Below are positions 1 through 29,519 of a DNA stretch of 64,000 nt, piece by piece (position 1 is the stretch's first letter; the number at the start of each line of letters is the position of its first letter). The notes under the pieces are model-generated. The model was not told the origin of the DNA, did no database searches, and worked only from the letters and a program-made list of their open reading frames with translations. Origin of the DNA: Camelus dromedarius (taxonomy: Eukaryota). The position numbers and the translations under genes were made by a program. The stretch lies in assembly GCF_036321535.1 (NCBI RefSeq), contig NC_087446.1, positions 56,172,001 through 56,236,000 of the forward strand, given 5' to 3'.

Positions 1-899
1 TGGTGTTGCTACTTCAAACGAGATGGCCAAGGAAGGTCTCTCTGATAAGGTGACACTTAAACAGAGAACTGGAGGAGCTGAGGAAAGGAAGCATGTTGAT
101 ATGGAGGAGAACCAGAACTTACAGGGCACCGTGTGCAAAGGCATTGGTGCTAGCCAGTATAGATGGTGTAAAAGGAGCTGGGGGGGAGAATGGAGGGAGG
201 TGAGGTCAGAGAAGCAGCAAAGGAACAGAGGACAGAGGGTTTTACAAACCTTTATAAAGATTTTGGCTTTGACGCTTAGTGACATGGGAAGCTATTGGAG
301 GGTTTTAAGTAGATAATACTAAGGCTGGAGAAAGAGGTTAAATAATCTTTCCAATATAACACAGCTGGTAAGTGGCAGAGGGTGGGCATTCAGCTCCAAG
401 GATGAAGTTAACCCTTAACTGCCACTGACCTTTAGCTGTTTTTATTTGGACACTGCTCTCCTATGACTGCAGACAAAGAAACTGGGACACTGAGCAGTCA
501 TGTGGCCAGACCGAGGTCACACAGCTAAGTGACAGAGGTGGGATTTGAGCTTTAGCCTGTCTGCAAGCCAGAGTCCAAGTCCTTTACACCACACTGCCTC
601 CCTCAGGTGTCTGGGCCATGCTGACTTCTGGCCTGGAGGTCACTACAGTGGGAGCGGAGGGAAAGCGAGGAGCCCATCATCGGCTTAGGGCAGCGGTGTT
701 CCTTAGGAAGCTCAAGCCCGGGCTCTGCGGGACTGCTGGCATTTTCCCAAGCACAGCTGTGCTCCCTAACCCATGGCACGGAAATGGGTCTTTATTTCCA
801 GGTGACCCGGCAGGTATCCGGGAGTCGAAGGAGCGGGTGTCACGCTAGAGCAGCGGACGGGACCGAACCGAGAGCAGCGACCGCCACGGCTTCCAGTCG

Positions 900-1260
900 A
901 GCCCCTGCCGGCACCCGAGTGGGGGCAAGAGGGCGGGGCGGGGGCGGGGCTTGAGCGCCGCGCCCCCGTCACGTGACGGGGCCAGCATGGCGGCGGCCAG
1001 AGGCCTACCGTGCTCCCGGAAGCAGGCCGTGAGGGGCGGGCGTGCTGCTGGAACCCGACCTGGAACCGGAGACAGAGGTAGAGCGGGCAGGGCGGCCGGG
1101 CGGCCTGGAGCCGGACGTGTCCGGAGCGTCCCCGCAGACCGGGGCAGCAGGTGAGACGGGGTCTGGGCGAGGCGCGAGCGAGTGTGGCGGCGCTGGGCGG
1201 GGGCTAGGGGGCGCAGGGGGGTGCCCTGACCTGGAGGATGGGGGAGACGCGCGCGCGTGA
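900..1260 (+). promoter_or_regulatory. MFSD5 CpG-island promoter and non-coding first exon (donor at 1150)
   Basis: CpG-dense. Tandem GC boxes GGGCGGGGCGGGGGCGGGG at 931-949, palindromic E-box GTCACGTGAC at 968-977, YY1-like AGCATGGCGGC at about 985-995. Confidence 0.8.
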
Positions 1261-1747
1261 CCCTGAAGCAACTGGAGAGGCCCGCCCCGGCGGGAGGGAT
1301 ACCCGGGACAGATGACGAGACACAGAGGGCAAAACAGGCTCCCCAAAGAGGATGGGAGGTAACACAAGGAAGTACTATATGCAGACGCTGTTATGGGAGA
1401 GGGCAGCAGCCCCTTAACTCGCAGGGCTGGGATTAGTGAAGGAATTCTCTTTGCTGTGCCAGGCCTGGGTGGGGCGAATACTCAGTCTTCTCCCCTCTCC
1501 TCTTACCCCTCCCTGTCCCATAATGTCCTAGGAGCCCGCTCTGGCGGGCCACTCCTCCCACCCACCCAACTGGTCCCTCCGGTCTGAGTTCTGGGGGAGT
1601 GGAGTTGAGGGGTGGGGAAGTGCAGTTGTCAGGGGTGTTGGGTGGAGCTGCATTCTGCTTAGACACCCAGCCCCTTGACAGTGCTACTGGGACAATGGAT
1701 GTGACTCTGAAACCTCCCCCTCTCCCCAGGTCGTCCGGGGGCCGGCC

Positions 1748-3100
1748 ATGCTGGTGACTGCCTACCTTGCCTTTGTGGTCCTCCTGGCCTCCTGCCTGGG
1801 GTTAGAGCTGTCAAGATGCCGGGCTAAGCCCTCTGGAAGGGCCTGCAGCAACCCCTCCTTCCTTCGGTTTCAACTGGACTTCTATCAGGTCTACTTCCTG
1901 GCCCTGGCAGCTGACTGGCTTCAGGCCCCCTACCTCTATAAACTCTATCAGCATTACCACTTCCTGGAGGGACAAATTGCCATTCTCTATGTCTGTGGCC
2001 TTGCCTCCACAGTTCTCTTTGGACTGGTGGCCTCCTCCCTTGTGGATTGGCTGGGTCGCAAGAAGTCTTGTGTCCTCTTCTCCCTGACTTACTCTCTCTG
2101 CTGCTTAACCAAACTTTCTCAGGACTACTTTGTGCTGCTGGTGGGCCGAGCACTAGGTGGGCTGTCCACAGCCCTTCTCTTCTCAGCCTTTGAGGCATGG
2201 TACATCCATGAGCATGTGGAACGGCATGACTTCCCTGCTGAGTGGATCCCAGCTACCTTTGCCCGAGCTGCCTTCTGGAACCATGTGCTGGCTGTAGTGG
2301 CAGGTGTGGCAGCTGAGGCCGTGGCCTGCTGGATGGGGCTGGGGCCTGTAGCGCCCTTTTTGGCCGCCATCCCTCTCTTGGCTCTGGCTGGGGCCTTGGC
2401 CCTCCATAACTGGGGAGAGAACTATGATCGGCAGCGTGCCTTCTCAAGGACCTGTGCTGGGGGCCTGCGCTGCCTCCTGTCGGACCGTCGTGTGCTGTTG
2501 CTCGGCACCATCCAGGCCCTGTTTGAGAGTGTCATCTTCATCTTTGTCTTCCTCTGGACGCCTGTGTTGGACCCACATGGGGCCCCACTGGGCATCATCT
2601 TCTCCAGCTTCATGGCAGCCAGCCTGCTTGGCTCTTCCCTGTACCGCATTGCTACCTCCAAGAGGTACCACCTTCAGCCCATGCACCTGCTCTCCCTTGC
2701 GGTCCTCATCGTCGTCTTCTCCCTCTTCATGTTGACTTTCTCTACCAGCCCAGGCCAGGAGAGTCCAGTGGAGTCCTTCATAGCGTTCCTACTTATCGAA
2801 TTGGCCTGTGGGCTATACTTTCCCAGCATGAGCTTCCTGCGGAGAAAGGTCATCCCCGAGACGGAGCAAGCCGGTGTCCTCAACTGGTTCCGGGTGCCCC
2901 TGCACTTACTGGCCTGCCTGGGGCTCCTGGTCCTCCACGATAGCGATCGCAAAACGGGCACTCGGAACATGTTCAGTATCTGCTCTGCCATCATGGTGAT
3001 GGCTCTGCTGGCGGTGGTGGGGCTCTTCACTGTGGTCAGGCATGATGCTGAGCTGCGGGTGCCCTCACCCACTGGGGAGCCCTATGCCCCTGAGCTCTAA
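1748..3100 (+). CDS. MFSD5: Major facilitator superfamily domain-containing protein 5 (molybdate-anion transporter family), single coding exon, 450 aa
   Basis: Intact 450-aa multi-pass hydrophobic ORF (MLVTAYLAFVVLL...PYAPEL) recognised as MFSD5. Acceptor ctccccag ends at 1729, 18 nt before the ATG. Upstream CpG-island exon with donor CAG|GTGAGA at 1150/1151. AATAAA at 3322. Confidence 0.97.
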   Translation: MLVTAYLAFVVLLASCLGLELSRCRAKPSGRACSNPSFLRFQLDFYQVYFLALAADWLQAPYLYKLYQHYHFLEGQIAILYVCGLASTVLFGLVASSLVDWLGRKKSCVLFSLTYSLCCLTKLSQDYFVLLVGRALGGLSTALLFSAFEAWYIHEHVERHDFPAEWIPATFARAAFWNHVLAVVAGVAAEAVACWMGLGPVAPFLAAIPLLALAGALALHNWGENYDRQRAFSRTCAGGLRCLLSDRRVLLLGTIQALFESVIFIFVFLWTPVLDPHGAPLGIIFSSFMAASLLGSSLYRIATSKRYHLQPMHLLSLAVLIVVFSLFMLTFSTSPGQESPVESFIAFLLIELACGLYFPSMSFLRRKVIPETEQAGVLNWFRVPLHLLACLGLLVLHDSDRKTGTRNMFSICSAIMVMALLAVVGLFTVVRHDAELRVPSPTGEPYAPEL

Positions 3101-3321
3101 CCCTGTTTCAAGACAAGGGAGCAGGGATGGACCTTGAATCCTGCCTCTTTGGCGTTGTACAGATCTCTCTGTGACTGACTCTGCTACTGTCTGGCCCCTC
3201 AACCTGTCCTGGGGCCCCTCCTGCCAGTGCTTTGGGTTGGGAAGCACATGAGGGTGATGGCTTGGAAAAGAAGATGCCAAAATTTGCCTCTGTGTTGCTC
3301 CTTTCCCCCTTTCCATTTGAA

Positions 3322-3327
3322 AATAAA
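3322..3327 (+). terminator. MFSD5 polyadenylation signal
   Basis: AATAAA about 220 nt after the stop codon. Confidence 0.75.
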
Positions 3328-5339
3328 CACTTTTAATCGGTCATTGATTTGATTGACTCATCCTCACCTGCACCCACCTCAGTAGTTTCTGGTGAGGGGG
3401 CAGCTGGATATGGTGAGGATAGATGTGGGGTTACCAGCTTCTCTAAGACTGCCTCCAGCTTAAACTGAGCTGTGGAATTGCCTCTCAACAGAAGTGGATG
3501 GGAAATGCCTGAGGCTTCTAGGTCCTCCATATCTGGTTACCCTCCCTAGTTGCCAAGCAAAAACTTTGTGCCACATCTAGAGTGAGACAATCTTGAGTGT
3601 ATGGAATGGATGCCCAAGCCGTTGAGCAAAGATTCCAGGTGCTCGGGCTGCCTCAGTGACCACCCATTGGGGCAAATCTGCAGCCTTCCTGCAGGAACAG
3701 GCTTGCTGCTCAGCACGTGTGCTACCTGCCTTCTGCCTCTGTGGCTGTGGAGGCACCATCTGTCCAGCATCATCTGGGCCCTTCAGGTCCTGTATCCTTG
3801 CATGAAACCCAAGTGAAGGGCTGCTGAGGAGAGAGCAGTGAACGGCTGAGGGACTGGGACATCTTGTCTGTACCTGACTCTTCCCCACCCAGAGTGAGTG
3901 AAGGTAAGGCAGCCATCAGGGCAGGAAACAGTACTAGTGGGAACACCAGTTCTGTGGGCCCCTCCCTGCCTCACCTCTGATTGTATCTGCCTTCTCTCCT
4001 CCCACCAAAACCTGGGCTTCTTAAGGGAAGCAGAGCCAGCAGTTAAGATGGGTGGGGATGCAGGGAGGGTAGGTCAAGGGAGAGTCCTGGAATGTGCTTG
4101 AGATGGGCATGGGACACCTACCTGTGCTGGAAAGAGGTTGATGACCTTTCCTTGGGTCCCAGACTACTTCCCAGACAGGAAGAGGTAAGACTTTTCCAAG
4201 ACCTGCAAGTCCATACCTGTGCAGGGAGATAGCATCACCTGGTGCAGGAGGAATGCAGGGTGGCTGGGCTCCCGCAGGGTGAGGCCGAGCGAGAGGGATG
4301 TGTGGTGGTCTCAGATCCCTACTCAGGGGAGGGAAAAAACACATTCCTACACCCAGCCTGCAGGGAACAAGTTGAGGTTTAGTAAAAACAGGTATCTTCT
4401 CCTTCCCCCATCTTGAGGCTAAGACAGTCTATTGCAGTAACTCCACTTCCCCCTTCTGCCCTGTAAAGCTGGGCCTAGATGTATTTTATAATTATTTGTA
4501 GAGTTTCCTTCTCCCTCTACCATACTATGATCTCCTTGAGGACAGGAGGAAATTATGTCTCATTTGCCTTTGTCCCCCCATATATACACACAGTGGGGTG
4601 CTTTCCCAATGGTTGTGCTCAGTAACTGTCTGGCGAGGGGACAGGCTAGCTCACACCTGGCCTTTCAAGAGCTGCCCATTTGGGAAGTCTATTAGACTAG
4701 AATCCAGAGCCTAGTTAATGAGTTGTTACTTGGGGTGACAGTAATTACTTAATGATGGAAGCATGAGGGGGCCCCTAATTCCTAAGTGATAAGGACACAG
4801 GCAGGTAGAGGAGACAGACTAATGAGGTTCTTTTAGCTTTGTCCCCCTGCTGAGCTTTCTTCAAAGGAGCTGGTGACAGATAAAGTGGGGAGGGTTCTTA
4901 CCGTCAGACACAACGGGTGTGAAGAGCTCGGAGGCATCTTAGGGATTTATCCATTTGTTGAGCACCTGCTGTATGCCATGCATTGTATTACTAGATGCTG
5001 GTGAAATTTTTCTACCTGAGAGGAAAATCCACTTAAAGGGCATTGTAGCAAATGGATGGCAAAGTCAAGGCTAAACTTTGCCTCCTGCTGCCTTCCCAGT
5101 GCCCCTCCTGTGGTATGTACTAATTCTGTCCCCTGGGCCTTCACTCTTTCCCCACCTAGCCCTGCTCCCTCATCCCAAGCCCTGTCCCTGGAGAAGGGCA
5201 AGAGAGTGGGAATGCTTAGCCGTGGCCACCTGGCCCACTTTTGGGTATTTGCCCATATGGGTCAAATGAGGGATTGATTCGCCAGGTGCACGCAGCCTGC
5301 AAAATGCTGCTGGTGATACCCTGCTGAGAGGCAGCAGAG

Positions 5340-5520
5340 GGAAACGGTTAAGAGCATGGAGCCAGAGCCCGACTGCCTGGGTCCAAATTTATGCCTCAGT
5401 TTCCTTATCTATAAAATGGGGGTGATGGTATAGTTTCTACCCATAGGGCTCTTGTGAGAATTCAGTTAAGTGCTCAGAACAGCACTTGGCCCACAGTGTA
5501 AGCACTACATAAGTGTTTGC
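5340..5520. mobile_element. MIR SINE fragment
   Basis: CCTCAGTTTCCTTATCTATAAAATGGGG core. Other MIR pieces at about 330-600, 15800-15990, 16230-16420 and 49600-49800. Boundaries approximate. Confidence 0.6.
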
Positions 5521-6304
5521 TTTCATATTTTATTTTTTAACTTTTTCAATCCAGCTGAGCCTAGTCAGATGTGGGTGGATGAGTGGATGGGGCTGTAACG
5601 GGGTGTAGAACTTTCCAATGCGTCCCAGTGGATGGGTGATTCCCAGCAGTGTTTATCCTTGGTCCAGGCCCAGAAAGCAGTGTCAAGCTATCTGAGAGGC
5701 CTTCTACTTTGGGGTATGTGCACAGCTGAGGAGGGTGTCAGTATGTTCCACTTGAACTCATTTCCTCTTCCTCAAGTGGGAAGGTCAGCTTGGTGTCAGA
5801 CTTGATACACACCACCATCTTTCACTAAGAGGCTCCTGATTTTCTGCCTTTCCATCCAGCTGGATACAGGATTATTTTATTTGGAGCTTTTAAGTGATCC
5901 TGAGAAGAGAAACAGCCCAAGGAACCAGGAACCAATGGACAAGAAGGCAGGAGGAGTGGGGCATGAGCACAGTCCTGGGTTCTGAGGCTGGAGGATGACC
6001 TCTTCCTGGAAATTCAGTCCCTGCTCAGGGAGGAGAGAGGGCTGAGCCCAGCTAATGGCCATGACCCTTTGGCTGGGTCTAGGTTCCCCAACACTCTTCC
6101 CCTAACCCCAGTCCTGTGGTTCTCCCTGTCCCTTTTATGATTTTTTGCCACCACTTCCTCACAGAACCACAGAATAGAATTGTAAGGCAAACAAAAGTTT
6201 GTCATGCTTGGGATTAGACCTGATGTTATAAAAACACTGCACATTTGCTTTAAGTTTTTTTTTTAACAGTAAAGTTATGTGGGCTCATTATAAAATAGTC
6301 AAAT

Positions 6305-6470
6305 GCAAATACAGAAATACATATTTACATATAAATACATATTTAATATAAATATGTGAATATATGTGTTTATATAATGTTACATTAAAATACATATATT
6401 TACATTTATATAGAAATATATTACAAATATAAATACATATATGCCTATAGAAATATAAAACATAAAAAAG
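6305..6470. repeat. AT-rich low-complexity (ATAT/AAATAT-like) tract
   Basis: Degenerate repetition of ATATAAATAC-like units. Confidence 0.7.
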
Positions 6471-7949
6471 GCTCCCTTAAGCCTGCTCTGTATACCACTG
6501 TTAAATGTTTGTAGTTTGGTGCATAAATTTAATATTTTTTAATAAAAATTGAATCATACCATTCATGCTGTTCTGTAACTTGTTTTTTTTTGTTTGTTTT
6601 ACACAACAGTGTATCTTGTTTTTTCTCTTTTTAAAACAAAATTCACATGAGGACTATAACAATCATTCATGTATCTCTGACATCTTTATATGCCAGTACA
6701 TATATGACATGCTTTGTTAGGCTGCAAAGTATTCTTAGGGCCTTTGGAAAGCATGTCAAGGCTGCTCTATTTGAGGCTGGCAGAACCCCTGGGAGGGAGT
6801 GATGTTATTGTCCCATTTCACAGATTAATAATAAATTGAACTGGGGCTAGAACCTGGTTCCTCTGTCCAGACTCAAGTTAAAAGCTTTTTCCACCATCTG
6901 CTGCCCTCTCTTTATAAACATCAGGGATTCAGGTGACACTGAATTATACACTTCAACTTATATGATTGGGCATATATATTCAACTGTGTGATTGGTCAGC
7001 ACTTAAGTGGTGTCTAAAGAACTGCCTACTTGTTGTGAGAAGTAGAAGAGGCATAAAAACCCTGAGGAATTTAGAGTCAAGTAGATAATAATACAAATAC
7101 ATAGGAAAAAAAGCCCTAGAACACTTGTTACACATTATGTAAATGAGCACTGACTGCTAAGGTGTAAACAAGAGGAAATGAGCACTGAGAGAATGGATGT
7201 ATCTCATTGATCATTTATGAACACCTCCTCTCTGCTGGGTCCCTTACCTTAGAAGGGTTAAGTACGTAATGTTTCTAACACACATTTAGCCCCTGCAGTA
7301 ATATTACCATTCCAAAGCTGAGACCCTTTGGAGATACTGTTCTTGGGTTTGTTTGTTTTAAATAGTCTTCCCTGCTAGATTCTCAGCTCCTAAAAGAGGT
7401 TGATGATGAAGAAGAAAGAATAATAGAGAAGGATGAGTTCCCCAACAGAATTCATCAAGAAAAAGCCAACTGGAAGACGCAGAGTCTTAAACAGAATTCT
7501 TTGGTGGAGGGAGGGAAAAGAAGCAGAGCCTAGTGAATTCTTATGTTTGGGGAAGTAGTTAGTATAAGCCATTAAAAACTGTGAACTATCCCAGTGACGG
7601 AGTTTTCCTAGTTCTCCCCCTCGTCATTCACAGCCCCCACCCACCCCACCCCTCTATCCCCCATTCCCCATGGAAAAGATCCTCTGTCTTCCTCAACACA
7701 ACTGATGGGAGGAGCAAGACTGGAAGGCAGAGAGCTGGAAGTCGCCACAGTATTCTTGTCAGTGCCCCCAGAAAACTCTATTTTTAAAAGAGTTACGTGA
7801 AAGGCTACGCCCTTTTCCTCTAGTAACCCAAACCGCGAGTTTCCAAGTAAGTTCTTTTTGTTGTCTAGCTTATTTCTCTTCCCGGGAAATTTAAACGCTT
7901 TTGGAACTCTGAAGATAAAGGGGAGGAGAAGGAGGCAGGGGCTGGCCTT

Positions 7950-8213
7950 CACGACAGCAACTAAGCGACGGGCAGCCCTGCCTAGAAAGAGCGGGTGAAC
8001 CCGCGCCCCCAAGAGGCCTTAACGCCCTGGGCAGGAAGACCCCGCCAGCCGGCATCACGTGACGGTGCGGGTAAACTACAACTCCCAGCGCGCTGCGCGG
8101 CCCGCCGGCGTACGCAGCTGTCTCTGATTGGTTGCTGGGGATATTTGAAAGGAGGGGCTGGCGCGGAAAACGTAGGCTACATTTTGGATTCTTACGGAGT
8201 ACTCAGTCAAGTG
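7950..8213 (+). promoter_or_regulatory. ESPL1 CpG-island promoter and non-coding exon 1
   Basis: E-box TCACGTGA 8055-8062, ZNF143/THAP11-type ACTACAACTCCCAG 8075-8088, reverse CCAAT (ATTGG) 8127-8131, CHR TTTGAA 8144-8149, consensus donor GTG|GTAAGT at 8213/8214. Confidence 0.8.
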
Positions 8214-8644
8214 GTAAGTCCTGGCTCTGGGGAGGCGGGCGATCTTTGGGACCATAAGGCCTGGAGGTACTCGTGAGCGTGTGTATGCGCGGAGGTGAAT
8301 GGGGCTCCGGTGCTAACTTGAGGGAGAGGCCAGGAGGCTCTACGAGAGAGGGTGGAGAGACCTCGGGAAGTCCGGGTGGGCACTGAAGAGCTCGGTGGAG
8401 GCCTCTGGTGCGGGGCGTAGGTTGTTGGGATGGGTAGTGAGGCCGGGGTTCGGTGGGAGAAAAGAAATGCGGAAGCCTCGGTTTATAACAGAAGCCCGGC
8501 GTCCTGTCATGAGCTTTTTTCCGATAGGATTTCTGATGGGATTCTTTACCCCTGCCTTCCGGGGCCTTCAAGCCCTTCTCCCATCCTTCATTTAGTTCCG
8601 TTACAATCTTCTCCGCTTTCCCTAATCCGTCTCCTTCTCCCTAG

Positions 8645-28340
<19,696 letters not shown>

Positions 28341-28412
28341 CCCCCTGGAGGACTCCTGTTGCTGTCAGAAGCCATGGGACTGTTCTACCTCCAAACTCAA
28401 CTTGGCCCTTAG

Positions 28413-28418
28413 AATAAA
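28413..28418 (+). terminator. ESPL1 polyadenylation signal (further AATAAA at 28482 and about 28613)
   Basis: AATAAA hexamers in an AT-rich tract after the stop at 28340. Confidence 0.65.
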
Positions 28419-29519
28419 TATTTTAATTAATTTTCCCCAGTGTTTTATATGAAACATTTCATTTTGATTCAATCTTAATATAATAAAGATATATCACTTA
28501 AAACCCCGTTTTTTTTTTCTTTCTTATTTTGTTTGTAAAACTGTTTTATGTAGTTCTTCTGAGAACATTTGAAGACAAGACTATTGCCCCCTTCCCATGA
28601 TGTGGTACTATAAATAAATAACAGCTTGCAGGAATTCAAGTCTGAGTGTGTCTGCCTGGCTTGGCCTCAACAAAGCTGAAAGAGAGAAGTAACAAAATGT
28701 TCTATGTGGGGAAGGGGGCCCAAAGAAAGGTACAGATAGACCCATTGGGAGTGTCTTGGCCAGGTGCCCTCATGTCTATCCTGTCTCCCTGCCCTTGGAT
28801 ATCCTGGGAGTTGACACTAGCTTTAATGCTTTCCAAGTGGGTGTTAGAGTCGGCTCCCCTCCCCAGCATACAGCGGTTAGACTTGTCAGTGCTCTGCACC
28901 TTAGCAGCAGATTCTGGGGGTTTCTGCTGCTTATGTATATATATTTTCTCCCCAACTAGATTGTTAAGCTGGGAAGCACATATCTTACACTCTTACATAT
29001 CGTTCACTTCTAGCACGAGGTAAAACACTGTATTAATAAACCTAATGCTGTACTTGTTGGTTGACAACGCGCCTCCTTCATGTTCTCTCCACCGCCAGAC
29101 TCCCGCTTCATCTGCCTGAAGCACCCCTTTCACAAGGCTTCTCCACGGACCCGACCCGGAAAACTTCACAAGCCCCTTCTGTGTCTTTTATCACTAGGTT
29201 TATACCACTCACGTGGAGTAACATACATTGCTTTACAAACACTGTGGTTATGGCCTGAATACTTTTAAGATTCTTAAGTTCCTTGAGCACAGGACTACGC
29301 TAGGCTTGGGATGTTTTGTTAAAAAGAAAACGCCAATATCCTTTCTATTCCAAGGCGAGTCACAAGAGGAGATTCAGCTCGATCTCCTGCTCCGGAACGC
29401 AGGACCATAGAGATGTCTGGCGCTGCGAGGCCTCCCCGCGCAGCCACCGAGATGCGCAGGGGACGGCTAGAGCGTTACTCTCCCGGCTGGCTTCCGTTTC
29501 CTTAGTCCTCCTACCCAAC

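Noticed and set aside
1042-1260. Acidic 72-aa ORF as an N-terminal extension of MFSD5
   Set aside because: It begins at a non-ATG codon, and splicing at 1150 puts it out of frame with the main CDS.
7387-7533. Acidic purine-rich open stretch (LLKEVDDEEERIIEKDEF...) after a CAG
   Set aside because: Only 48 codons, no ATG, no partner exons and no recognised homology; purine-rich sequence gives such peptides by chance.
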